From assembly GCF_030144855.1 (NCBI RefSeq), contig NC_082730.1:15190001-15254000 (forward strand): a stretch of DNA of 64,000 bases, read 5' to 3'. The notes under the pieces were generated by a model. That model ran no database searches, was not told the DNA's origin, and saw nothing but the letters and a program-made list of their open reading frames with translations. Position numbers and translations under genes: made by a program. Shown here piece after piece: positions 1 through 11,255 of the stretch; within the stretch, counting starts at the first letter, position 1, and every line of letters begins with the position of its first letter. This DNA comes from Hypanus sabinus. Taxonomy: Eukaryota.

Positions 1-1724
1 AAAAAGGAATATCGATTCCTAATAAAACCAGTTTGATCTTCTGAAATAATCTGTGGTAATACCTTTTCTAATCTAATGGCTAAAATTTTTGTAAGAATCT
101 TAGAGTCTACATTTAATAATGATATAGGTCGATAAGATGCACATAAGGTAGGATCTTTATCTTTTTTAAGAATTAAAGAGATAGTAGCTTCATAAAACGA
201 TTGAGGTAATCTCTTCTTAACAAACGCATCATTAAAGATTTCACATAGCCAAGGAGAAAGCAATAAAGAAAAAGTTTTAAAAAATTCTACAATAAAACCA
301 TCAGGACCAGGAGCTTTCCCTGAATTCATTGATGAGATAGCCTCTCTTATTTCATCCATAGAAATAGGAGCATCAAGCAAGCTACAATCTTCATCTATCA
401 GTTTAGAAATATTCAAATTATTAAAAAAATTATCCATCATAAACCGGTCACCGTCAAATTCTGATTGATATAAAGATTTATAAAAATCTTGAAAAGTGTT
501 ATTGATTTCTTTATAATCAGTAGTTAAATTACCGTCTTGTTTACGAATTTTAATAATTTGTCGCTTAGTCGAAATAGCTTTTAATTGATTAGCTAACAAT
601 TTACCAGTTCGATCACTATGAATATAAAATTGAGCCCTAGTCTTAATTAATTGATTCTCAATTGAAGAAGATAATAATAAACTATGTTCCATTTGAAGCT
701 CAACTCTCTTCTTATAAAGTTCTTTGGTAGGAGTAACGGAATAAATCTTATCAATTTCTTTAATTTTATCCACCAATAAAGCTATATCTGAATATCTTTG
801 TTTTCTTTTACCAGCGGAATATGAAATAATTTGTCCACGAATAAAAGCCTTGAAAGAGTCCCAAAGTATTCCTTTATCAATCTCTTCATTATAGTTTGTT
901 GAAAAAAATAAGTCAATTTGTTGTTTTATGAAGGTAATAAATTCTGGATCTTGAAGTAAAGTAGCATTAAGTCTCCAAGATCTAGTATTGATAGAAGAAT
1001 CCGAAATCTTGATAGATAACTTCAAAGGCGCATGATCCGAAATAGCAATAGAATCGTATTTACAATCAATAACATCTGTTAATAAACGATGATCAATAAG
1101 AAAGTAATCAATTCTAGAATAACTATGATATACATGTGAAAAAAATGAAAATTCTTTACCTTTAGGATTCAAAAACCGCCATATTTCAGTAATTCCAGAA
1201 TCAACCATAAAAGAATTAATAAGTAAAGCTGATCTATTCGGAAGAGTTCGAATAGGTTTAGATCTATCCATCGAAGGATTCAAACAACAATTAAAGTCTC
1301 CACCCATAATCAACATATATTCATTCAAATTAGGAAGAGAAGTAAATAAACGTTTAAAAAATTCAGGACAATCAAAGTTTGGAGCATAAATATTAACTAA
1401 AACAACTTTCCGATTAAAAAGTGAACCAGTTATCAACAAAAATCTACCCTGTGGATCAGAAATAATTTCATAATGTGTAAACGAAATTGAGGCGTCTATA
1501 AAAATAGACACACCCCTAATTTTAGCGGTACAATTTGAGTGAAATTGTTGACCTTTCCAGAACCTAAAAAAACGTTGATTATCCTCCCTCCTAATGTGGG
1601 TCTCCTGTGCAAAAATAATATTAGCGTTCAATCTATGGAATACTTTAAATATTTTTTTACGTTTAATCGGATGATTTAAACCATTAGTATTCCACGAGAT
1701 AAAGTTAATAGATTTATCCATCAT
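1..1724 (-). CDS. L1 ORF2p N-terminal ~574 codons (APE endonuclease, linker, start of reverse transcriptase); 3' end outside window
   Basis: Manual translation gives MMDKSINFISWNTNGLNHPIKRKK, QETH, YSRIDYFL, SDHAPL and SYRPISLLNVDSKILTKILA. The frame is the same at checkpoints 1724, 1022 and 140. It is absent from the ORF track, consistent with no stop before the edge. Confidence 0.92.
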   Translation of the reverse strand, partial: MMDKSINFISWNTNGLNHPIKRKKIFKVFHRLNANIIFAQETHIRREDNQRFFRFWKGQQFHSNCTAKIRGVSIFIDASISFTHYEIISDPQGRFLLITGSLFNRKVVLVNIYAPNFDCPEFFKRLFTSLPNLNEYMLIMGGDFNCCLNPSMDRSKPIRTLPNRSALLINSFMVDSGITEIWRFLNPKGKEFSFFSHVYHSYSRIDYFLIDHRLLTDVIDCKYDSIAISDHAPLKLSIKISDSSINTRSWRLNATLLQDPEFITFIKQQIDLFFSTNYNEEIDKGILWDSFKAFIRGQIISYSAGKRKQRYSDIALLVDKIKEIDKIYSVTPTKELYKKRVELQMEHSLLLSSSIENQLIKTRAQFYIHSDRTGKLLANQLKAISTKRQIIKIRKQDGNLTTDYKEINNTFQDFYKSLYQSEFDGDRFMMDNFFNNLNISKLIDEDCSLLDAPISMDEIREAISSMNSGKAPGPDGFIVEFFKTFSLLLSPWLCEIFNDAFVKKRLPQSFYEATISLILKKDKDPTLCASYRPISLLNVDSKILTKILAIRLEKVLPQIISEDQTGFIRNRYSF

Positions 1725-2053
1725 ACCAATATTAATTGTGTGTATCATAAAAGGTTAAAAAGACACATAACCCACAATTTAGGAAGAAGGAAAATTGATT
1801 CAGGAGCAACCGGAGATCCTGACACCTCAACAATATTAACAATTTAAAGTCAGCCCATAAACTAAAAGCAAAAAAATAAAAAGCAAAAGCATGAAAAAAG
1901 ATCCCTCCCCCCTCCCCCCACCCTTTGAAAGAAAGCCAAGCGGCAGGCGCATAAACTAATACTAATATTACCCCCATTTCAAGATGGCAGCTCCATAAGA
2001 AAATTTTTTAAGAAAAAACTATATAACACCCCAATTAAAATATAGAGTTGCAA

Positions 2054-2056
<3 letters not shown>

Positions 2057-2088
<32 letters not shown>

Positions 2089-2090
2089 AC

Positions 2091-2123
<33 letters not shown>

Positions 2124-2134
2124 CACATACACAC
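2057..2134. repeat. (TA)n/(CA)n microsatellite inside the L1 inter-ORF spacer
   Basis: Seen directly: two (AT)n runs followed by CACATA/CA units. Confidence 0.95.
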
Positions 2135-2765
2135 CCATATCAGACAAATCAAAAAAAAAAACTAAAATAGTAAAACCAGAAAGATCATTAATAAAAAAAA
2201 ATGCACATTAAAGTTTAAAAATGTGATACACCTTTAAAAAAGAAATTCCATATTCAGATACAAAGATGACGTTTCACAAGCCAAGACTTATGGGAAGAAG
2301 AAACGACATTTTGAGAAAGCCATATTACAAAATATGAATATAAATTCAGCAATCTAATAAGAAAATATAGTAAAAAAGTTATCAAAATAGAATATTTTTA
2401 TAAAAAAAAAGATTTAATAGACACTACAACATATTTAAAAAAAAACTAAAGAAAAAGAATTCAAAACCTTTGTTCCATTTCTAAATACAGGCAAGCAAAT
2501 AAACGCTTATAAAAAGTAAAGACTTATGGGAAGAAGAAACGACATTTTGAAAAAAAATAATTCATTATTACAAAATACAAACGTATATAAAAAAAGGATA
2601 TTATAAAAATTAAAACAGCATCTATAAGCAATAATAATAGTAGTAAAAAAAAAGACCCAGACCCATAGTTCAAAATAAGAAGTTATAACCCAACTTCCAG
2701 GGTTAAAACTTAAAATGAAATAACATCCTCTCTCCAAAAAAAAAATCTTCAATGTAACTCATAGT

Positions 2766-3671
2766 TCAAGTTGCACTAGAGGATCGATATTCTTCAACAA
2801 ATTTCTTCGCTTCTTCAGGAGTGATAAAAAAGTGTAGACTGTTGTCGGGCAGCACCATTCTAAGCTTCGCTGGATACATTAAAGCTTGTTTAAAACCAAA
2901 CGAATGAATCTCTGCCATCACTGGTTTAAAAGCGATCCTGGCTTTCATAACTTCATACGAATAGTCTTCAACTATTCGAAATGAATAATTTCTGTAGGAG
3001 ATCATACCTTTTTTACGAGCTAATCGAATTAGAAGCTCTTTCTCACGAGGATAATGAAGGCGAACAATCACCGCTCGTGGTTTATCAGACACAGACGAAA
3101 GCCTCGCAACTCTATGAGCGCGGTCAATAACAGGTTCATTTTTCAAACCTTCACCACCGAAAATTTCCCACAGTAATTTAGAGAAAAATTCAGTTAAATC
3201 ACCGGACTCAACTTTTTCGGGAATTCCGATGATGCGCAAATTCTGTCTGCGAGAACGATTTTCAAGATCAGTAATTTTAAACTTGTACTGATCTAAAGTT
3301 TTAGCAGTCGACTCTATCTTCTTCTCTAACACTTCAATTATACGTGCTTTTTCACAAATTGATTGTTCAAGAGTCGTGATCTTATTTCCATGCTGTTGAA
3401 CCTCTAACGCCTGCGACTGAAACTTAGTTTCAAGCGATTTAACAACTCCTTCAAGATCGGATATTTTCGAAGTAATCCTCCTTTCAAAACTTAACAGTTT
3501 ACTGTCCAATTTACCTTCTAGTCTGCCTTCCAGAGCCGCAAATTTAGCATCCAGTTTATTGTCCAATTTACTTTCCATAGCCGCAAATTTAACATCCAGT
3601 TTAGTGTCCAAAAGACCAACAATTGCGTCGATGGATACAGGATCCTTAGCCGATTTCTTACTTGTAGCCAT
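2766..3671 (-). CDS. L1 ORF1p (coiled coil, RRM, C-terminal domain), 301 aa, intact
   Basis: The repetitive coiled coil KLDxKFAAxE is followed by DLENRSRRQNLRIIGIPE, IDRAHRV, PRAVIVRLH, IVEDYS and YPAKLRM. These are typical L1 ORF1 (transposase_22-like) motifs. Confidence 0.95.
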   Translation of the reverse strand: MATSKKSAKDPVSIDAIVGLLDTKLDVKFAAMESKLDNKLDAKFAALEGRLEGKLDSKLLSFERRITSKISDLEGVVKSLETKFQSQALEVQQHGNKITTLEQSICEKARIIEVLEKKIESTAKTLDQYKFKITDLENRSRRQNLRIIGIPEKVESGDLTEFFSKLLWEIFGGEGLKNEPVIDRAHRVARLSSVSDKPRAVIVRLHYPREKELLIRLARKKGMISYRNYSFRIVEDYSYEVMKARIAFKPVMAEIHSFGFKQALMYPAKLRMVLPDNSLHFFITPEEAKKFVEEYRSSSAT

Positions 3672-3820
3672 TTTAGGTTTGACAAGATTAGATCAACTAT
3701 TATTTTAGGAAAAAAGGGTCAATCAAAGGTAGCAACTCATATGATTAAGTTCGAAAAGGTCTAATTAAAGGGTGATTATAGTTAAAAAAATAAAGAGCGC
3801 CTAAAAGGCAGATGCTTACG

Positions 3821-3830
3821 CCGCCATCTT
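3821..3830 (-). promoter_or_regulatory. YY1-consensus motif (AAGATGGCGG) at the L1 5' end
   Basis: CCGCCATCTT on the + strand lies ~15 nt inside the L1 start, the same position as the YY1 site of mammalian L1 promoters. Function is inferred. Confidence 0.6.
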
Positions 3831-4599
3831 GAAACTCCACCCCCCCTCACTGTGATTTCTAATGCTCGCAAAGCAACTTCTGCTCAGGTGTGCCTCGTGG
3901 TGAGCCCCCACCCTCGCACTAATTTCAAACCGGTGTTTTCCCACAAGACGTGGCGAAACCGGATGTGACGTCATCGCATGCTGATATATTTTACAGGCAA
4001 TGAATATACTTTAAACACTTCTAATTCTAACTAGAAAATACTAACAAATGAATTACTAAGCGAAAATATTATAAACTAAATAACTGCCATAAAGGCAACA
4101 CACACTTAGTCCAGCGATTATAGAGCATACAGATTTTGGACCTCCGGAAAGTGTCCACAGATGGGTGATTGATAAGTTTGTGACCTAAGGCAGAAGGGGA
4201 TGAGTTATACAGCTCTCCTTACATGCACATACAGGTCAACGTTTGAGTGATTATGCAGAAAGTTTGAAGTTAATAACATCTCCTTCTACAGTAGGCCATG
4301 AACTTATCAATCACTCACATAAGTTATTAACTGATGAGTAAAGACCTTTCTGATCCAGATGGGATTTTGACAGTCTGGTAGTTGAACTTTATTATTGATA
4401 TGTTGTTCGTCGTTATTATAATTATTATTATTGATACATCTTTTTATAATTCCAGATATAATAAATTGAATTTAAGTGCTCAGTGTATCCTAACAGTTAC
4501 TGAAATGACACATAAATTTCTAGACACTAAAGTACCAATGACCAGATCCAAAGGGCACAGCTTCAGACATCATGAGGGGTTTCTCAGTGAAGTTTATAA

Positions 4600-4945
4600 N
4601 NNNNNNNNNNNNNNNNNNNNNNNNNNNNNNNNNNNNNNNNNNNNNNNNNNNNNNNNNNNNNNNNNNNNNNNNNNNNNNNNNNNNNNNNNNNNNNNNNNNN
4701 NNNNNNNNNNNNNNNNNNNNNNNNNNNNNNNNNNNNNNNNNNNNNNNNNNNNNNNNNNNNNNNNNNNNNNNNNNNNNNNNNNNNNNNNNNNNNNNNNNNN
4801 NNNNNNNNNNNNNNNNNNNNNNNNNNNNNNNNNNNNNNNNNNNNNNNNNNNNNNNNNNNNNNNNNNNNNNNNNNNNNNNNNNNNNNNNNNNNNNNNNNNN
4901 NNNNNNNNNNNNNNNNNNNNNNNNNNNNNNNNNNNNNNNNNNNNN
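4600..4945. other. Assembly gap (346 N)
   Basis: Run of N seen directly. Confidence 1.
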
Positions 4946-5074
4946 ACCATTTGAAAGGCCAACATGTTTGGGGTAATTGAAAGTTCAATACTGCCGCTCT
5001 CTCTCAGTACTGCCCTGGGTTGCATTAAGATGTTCCTTTCCCGTCAAATCTAAAAATGGCTCCCTGAGTTTCAG

Positions 5075-5389
5075 GTGCATTGTGGGCAGAGGAATCAGTA
5101 AGAGGAGTTGTGGGAAGAGCGATCACAATCGATTGTCACTATGAAGAAAAGTACCGCTCCCACACAAAGTATTGGTGCCATGGATGGACTTTCCAATGTT
5201 CAGTTTTAGTGGAAACAAATGGGCAACACGGACGGAGTCGACGAGTGTCAATCACAGATAACCCGGAACGGGGAATATTTACTGTTACTATGGAGGATCT
5301 TCACTCTGGAGATACAGGATGGTACAGCTGTGGAATTATAACACCAGTTTCTGATCCGATGTTTAGTGTACATCTACAAGTATCTGATG
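5075..5389 (+). CDS. Exon V1: CD300/pIgR/TREM-type V-set Ig domain of an MDIR/CMRF35-like receptor
   Basis: Acceptor tttcag|, donor |gtaggt, 315 nt, phase 1-1. Translation ALWAEESVRGVVGRAITIDCHY..KYWCHGWTFQC..RVSITDN..FTVTMEDL..DTGWYSCG shows the canonical Cys-Trp-Cys plus the extra C-C' cysteine pair diagnostic of CD300/pIgR V domains. Confidence 0.92.
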
Positions 5390-5607
5390 GTAGGTTTCTC
5401 AGGGATTGACTTTGTGCCTTCCATAAAGTAAGTGTCTCATGATCTTTGTCCAGACTCTGTCCATCCCTCACCATCTCTGCATTCATATCAGTGCCAAATG
5501 TTTCCCTCTGTAAGGCAGGTCACTGAACCCAGTAATAACTTCAATCTCTCCTGAAAGCCACCATACTTGTGATGTACAGTATCTCACAAGTTGCTGCCTT
5601 TCAACAA

Positions 5608-5665
5608 TTAGTGACCACTTTAATTAGGTCCCACCTATACATAATTAAGTGGCCACTGAGTGTAT
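5608..5665. mobile_element. Collapsed Tc1/mariner-type MITE remnant (two TIRs back to back)
   Basis: gtgaccactttaattagg...aattaagtggccactgagtgtat is an inverted pair. The same TIR-like sequence recurs at about 52280. Confidence 0.5.
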
Positions 5666-6104
5666 GTTCATGGTCTTTTGCTTCTGTGGCCCATCTACTT
5701 TGAAGTTCGACCTGCACTTTCAGATGCTCATCAGCACACTGCAGTCATAATGCCTGATTATCTGAATTCCTGTCACCTATCTGTCTGCATGAACCAGTCT
5801 GTCCATTCTCCTCTCACATCTCTCATTAACAAGGCATTTTTGTTCACAGAATTGCTGCTCTCTAGATGTTTTTTTCATTTTGTTCATACCATTTCTGGTA
5901 AAATCTAGAGACAGTTGAGTATGTAAATCCCAGGAGATCAGTAGATCTTGAGATATTTAAGCTACTCTGTCTGGTGCCAGCATGGTCAGAGTCACTCAGA
6001 TCACATTACCTTCTCATTCTGATGTTTGGCCTAAGCAATGACGGAACCTCCTGACCAGGTCTGAATGCTTTTATAGGCTGAGAGGCTACCACATAATTGA
6101 CACA

Positions 6105-6890
6105 TTAGATAGAAACATAGAAAATCCTACAACACAATACATGCCCTTTGGCCCACAATGCTATGCTGAACATGTACTTACTTTAGAAATTACTTCAGCT
6201 AACCAAATAACAGCTTAACTCTATTTTTCTAAGCTCCATGGACATATCCAGGAGTCTCTTAAAAGACCCTATCATATCTGCCTCCACACGCGTAGCTGGC
6301 AGACCATTCCATGCATTCAGCACTCTCTGTCTAAAAAAGTTAACCCTGACATCTCCTCTGTACCTCCTTCCAAGCACCTTAAGACTATGCCCTATAATGT
6401 TAGTCATTACAGCCCTGGGAAAAAGCTTCTGACTATCCACACAATCAATGCCTGTCATCATCTTATACACCTTTATCAGGTTGCCTCTCATTCTCTGGCA
6501 ATCAAAGGAGAAAACGCCAAGTTCACTCAACCTATTCTCAGAAGGCGTGCTCGCCAATCCAGGCAACATCCTTATAAATCTCCTCTGCACCCTTTCTATG
6601 GTTTCCATATCCACCCTGTAGTGAGGTGACCAGAATGAGCACAGTACTCCAAGTGGAGTCTGACCAGGGTCCTAAATAGCTGTAACATTACCACTTGGCT
6701 CTTGAACTCAATCACATGATTGTTGAAGGCCAATACCCCGTACGTCTTCTTAACCACACTGTCAACCCGTGCAGCAGCTTTGAGTGTCCTATGGACTCAG
6801 ACCACAAGATCCCTCTGATCCTCCACACTGCCAGTAGTCTTACCGTTAATACTATATTCTGCCATCATATTTTCAATTGGCTTTGTACAC
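6105..6890 (-). mobile_element. CR1 LINE, 3' fragment with internal deletion
   Basis: Track ORF 6195-6614 (ERVQRRFIRMLPGL..RMRGNLIKVYK..FFRQRVLNAWNGLP) matches the CR1 RT C-terminus, with an AGAAACAT-type tail. The same insertion is present in the duplicated block at 30432-32035. Confidence 0.9.
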
Positions 6891-7047
6891 CATGGTTCCT
6901 GTACCCTACCATCCTTTCCCTGTCTCAATGAAATGTGCCGGTGATATTTGCATTAATGGCCAGGTGAACATTTGTACCTAATAAAATGGCAGAAAAGTGA
7001 TTTTCAGATGTTCTTTCAGTGTCTGAATGTTAAATTCTTTCCCACAG

Positions 7048-7368
7048 AACCTGTGTCAGTTCCTGTGCTTCGATACCTGTCACCAGCAAATGTCTCACGT
7101 CTCGGGGGCTCTGTGTCAGTTTCCTGTGAGTCCTTCCAGGGATCCCTTCCCATTCACTACACGTGGCATGAAAAAACCTCATCTGGGTATCGATCTATCT
7201 CAGACAGCAAAGAACTGACTCTACATTGTCAATCCTTTAACCACCAACACCATCAATATTACTGCAGTGCCTCGAATCAGCTTGGAAGAAAATCCAGTGG
7301 AATGGTTAACGTGACAGTGTTCAACATCAGAGAGATCTGCAGTTATGTGACCGAAATCAATGGCACCA
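7048..7368 (+). CDS. Exon C2a: FCRL/PECAM-type C2-set Ig domain
   Basis: Acceptor tttcccacag|, donor |gtaagt, 321 nt, phase 1-1. Translation EPVSVPVL..VSVSCESFQGSLPIHYTW..QYYCSASNQLG..VNVTV; the CES-x-x-GSLPI-x-Y-x-W pattern is FCRL-like. Confidence 0.9.
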
Positions 7369-7789
7369 GTAAGTTCTAATTTCAAGGGAGGATACATTTA
7401 AATATTTATTTTTGTTACTCTGTTACTGCTGCTCTTATACGTCTAGTGAGGGTAAGGAAATTCTGTGCTTTGTATAAGCTGCACATTGTAGCCTTCATGG
7501 GGTTGAAATAAAGTGCAGTGAACAGTTAAGTCTGGTACTTCCTCCTGGAAGATGTGGAGCATCTCAGGCATAGTTGGACTTGCACACCCAGAGAAATTGA
7601 AAGCATTCCATCCATATTCCTCTTTATGGTTTGGAAAGACTAGAATAAGTGTTGAGTTGTGAGACAGTGACACTCTCATAAAAGCAAAAGGAGTGACTTA
7701 TAATAATGAAAATATTGGTGGGAATGACAGAAATTGGGCAATGTCAGGGGGCAGGAGTGAGTGTGGTTGCTATTACTAAGCAGAACATG

Positions 7790-8620
7790 CTTGGGAAGCT
7801 GAGAGATCTGCAGATAGATAAGTCACATGGACCCCAGACGGTCTACACCCCAAGGTTCTGAAAGAGTCATATAAAGAAATTGTGGAGGCATTAGTGGTGA
7901 CCTTTCAAGAATAACTAGAGTTTGGAATATTCAAAGGACTGGAAAATTGGGAATATCATCCCACTCTATAAGAAAGGAGGGAGCAAAAGAGAGGAAATTG
8001 TCGACCAGTTTGCAAGACATCAGTGGTTGGGAAGGTATTGGAGTCCATTATTATGAATAAAATTTTGGGATACTTGAAGGTATATGATATGATCAAATAT
8101 GGTTTCCTTATGGGGAAATCATACCTGAAAAATCAGCCTCAGAATGCAAGGACATAACTTTATTTTATTTCTTTCCCGATAGAGTACAGAGTAGGTCACA
8201 ACACCAAAGGAACCCTTGACAAACCCAATTAACTGTAACTTAATAACAGGGCTATCTGCAAAGAGCAATTCACCTAATCAGTCTGTCTTTGTACTGTGGG
8301 AGGAAAGAGGACCACACAGGGAGACAACGTACATTCCACATGGAGGATGTACAGACTCCGTTCATTTAGAACAAAGATAAGGAGGAATTTCAGTAGCCAG
8401 GGTGTGATGAATCTGTGGAATTTGATACCGTACATGGCTTTTGAGGCCACGTCATTGGGTATAATTAAAGTGTAGCTTAATAGTTTATTGATTAGGAAAG
8501 GTATTAAAGATTATGGGGAGAAATCAGGAGAATGAAATTGAATGGGATAATAAAACAGCCTTGATGGAATAAATAAATCAGCCTTGATGGAATAGTGGAG
8601 CAGACTGTAGGGGCCAAATG
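7790..8620 (+). mobile_element. Degenerate CR1 fragments with an embedded SINE piece
   Basis: Decayed KS-GPDGL-P-VLKE and DWK-ANI-PLFKKG-like coding, plus a CR1 3' end. A paralogous stretch lies at about 33650-34440. Confidence 0.65.
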
Positions 8621-10858
8621 GCCTAATTCTCCTCCTGTGTCTTGTGGTCTCACTGTCTTTGGTCGACTCTAGCTTGTGACTATCTGAGCAGCCCAGGTAA
8701 ATTACTAATTGCTGAAACTGAGTTTCTGGTTGTTGAATAGAAAACCTCACTCACTTTGAGACATGAGCAGGGAATCCATTCCTTCTATTTGAGTTTATGT
8801 ACAATAAGACTGTTGTATTTCATGACTACAACAAGGAAAATAAACCTTCAAATCCCTTTTAAAACACTAAAGGAATGCCAGTCCAAGGCGAGGGATGGGC
8901 CGCTGTATAGCTTGCTGCACCGCGAGGTTTACTTGTCTTTACACTGAATTGAAGCTGTGGCTTGCAATTAACGGGCTCCTGAATTATTTAGAATGATGAC
9001 TGGCTTCTTGTCTGTGGCCTCAGTATTGTGAATTTCAATTCCAAATGGTATTTCCTGCTTTGATTTGCTCTTTTTTCTGCATATTGTGTGTTTGACAGTC
9101 TTTTTTAAAAATGTGTTTGATTGTTTTTTTTGTTCTATGGTTGCCTGGAAGGAGGTAAATCTCAAGGTTGTACATGGTATAAATTTTTTAATAACAAATG
9201 TAGTTTGTAATTTGAATTTTGAAATTGAAGTGCAATCTGATTGGCTGTGATTCCATAAGCTGTCACATCTATGCAATGAAATAGAATTCTGAACTTAACC
9301 TTTCAGAAGTGTGTTCCAGTTTAGAGAGGATGCTGTAGAGTTAGAGTTATAGGTTATGGAATGAGGAGTTTCACACCAACTCATCCATGCTGACATCAGT
9401 GTCTTCCTGAGCTTCACGCATTTCCCTGCAATTGGCCTCTGTCCTTCTAAAACTTCCCTGTACATGAACTTGTCCAAATGTATTTTAAATAGTGTATTTG
9501 TACCCATGTCTCACACTTCCTCTGGCAGCCTTCTCCACGCACGCACTGCTGTGTGTGGAAAACACTGCCCCTCCAGGCTCTCTGAGAATTTCCCCTCACT
9601 CCTTAAGCTGAGGGTCTCTAGTTTTTGACTCTCCTACCCTGGAATAAAGACAGTGATTATCCACCATACCTTTGTCAACAAAATAAAGTAACACAATAAA
9701 ATCCATGTAAAACCACACATAACAAAGAATGAAAAACAACCAATATGCAAAAGATGACAAATCGTGCTAATAAAAAATATGTAAACAAATATTGCATATA
9801 ACATCAGAGGCAGAGTCCCTGAAAGTGAGTTCAGAGCTGCAGAGTCAGTTCGGAGCTAAGGCGAGTGAGAACAATCCCGGAGCCTGATTACTGCAGGACG
9901 ACAACCATTGATGAACCCTGTGGTGTGGGATCCAAGAGTCCTGCACCTTCCACCTGATGGTATTACCGAGAAGAGCGGGAGATGGGTCAAATGCAAGCAG
10001 ACAGGACAGGCTCAGGTGGGGGGGAATTTGCTGGCACTGAGTAATGGGCTGAACACCGGCTCATTTTCAAGGTCCTCTAGTAAACTTACACAACTCTTTC
10101 CACTATCCACCACACCGCAGTGTCATCCATAATGTAGAAACCATGTCATCTGCATTTTTATTCCAAATTATTAATATCGATGACAAATAAGAGTGATTAA
10201 GAAATAACAGCACTAATCCCAATGACACACCACTGGTGATAAAGTCTGAACTTGTCAGAAAACCAACACTCCACCACCACAATCCTTCCACCAAGCCTAT
10301 TAGGTATCCATCCAGCTAGCCTACCGTGAGATTTCACATTGCAGTTCAGTCGACCTTGTACAGTATGGTCATCAGCCTTGCTAAACTCAACTGCAAATTC
10401 TAAGTTCTTGTCCTCATTAGTTCCTTTGATCATCTCTCAAAAACAGAGCTCAGACAAATATTTTTGAGTGATGATGTCCCATGCACAAAATCATGTTCAC
10501 TATCCAAAATCAGATCTTGTTTTGGCAAATTCGGGTAGATCCTGTCTCACAAAATCACCTCCAGTAATTTACCCACCACTGATCTTGTGCTCGCCTGCCT
10601 GGAATGGGACTGGATCAGTAATCTACTGACTCAGAAATGTGGAAACACACTGAGACATTAGTGGGCAGTGACAATGATGATTCCAATCAAATAAAAACCA
10701 TTACTTGTGGAGAGCTGTGAGCACAAGATGAGGGATGATGCTGTTGTCTTCTCAGTCAATGTGGAATTCTATTATACCAATTGACAGTGTAGCAGATTCC
10801 TTGGCACACAGAGATAGCTTTAAATAAAATATTTTTATTTTTTATTATCGTGGTTGCA

Positions 10859-11255
10859 TTTTGCATAGAACGGGTGAACCCAACTGCAGGACACTGGCAC
10901 GGAGATAGAGTTGGGATACAGACGAGGGCACGAGCGTGGCTGGAGCTAATCGGCAAATGGGAGGATGAACAGAAAGGCAGGCGGCAGGCAATGCTTCTCT
11001 TGACACGGGGAGACAGAGTTAACACAGGCAAACCACTGTGCTGATCCAAAACTTAGAATACAGAATCCTCAGTGGCTGGGAACATGAATTAACACACTGG
11101 CTGAAACAACGATCTGGTGATGAGTGGATGCAAAGCCGGGGTACTTATGCTGTTAGTTTAGATGGGAATCAGGTGTGTCACAATCAAGGCACTGGGAGAA
11201 CACAGGGAAAAGGGAATTAGGAGAATATGAGGAATCAACGGTGGGGACTGTGACA
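10859..11255 (-). repeat. 3' LTR of the gypsy element
   Basis: Aligns end to end with 17621-18016 and ends TGACA on the + strand. Confidence 0.92.

Larger units (their letters stand above)
1..3846 (-). mobile_element. LINE-1 (L1 clade) retrotransposon, 5' part, apparently young; runs off the left edge
   Basis: The minus strand starts GGGGGGGTGGAGTTTCAAGATGGCGGCG near 3846. A short 5'UTR is followed by an intact ORF1, a ~1 kb AT-rich spacer and ORF2 (APE endonuclease to start of RT). Confidence 0.95.

Noticed and set aside
3847-4342. ~500-bp segment between the L1 and the V1 flank as promoter or exon 1
   Set aside because: No signal-peptide ORF with a donor was found and it has no match to the paralog's exon-1 region. 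It is more likely an unclassified repeat insertion.
4382-5025. Track ORFs spanning 4382-5025
   Set aside because: They are open only because they run through the N gap.
10637-10660. Conserved ATGTGGAAACAC.. upstream of V2/V3 as a leader exon
   Set aside because: MWKHTETL is not hydrophobic and the following GT is phase 0, incompatible with the phase-1 V exons.
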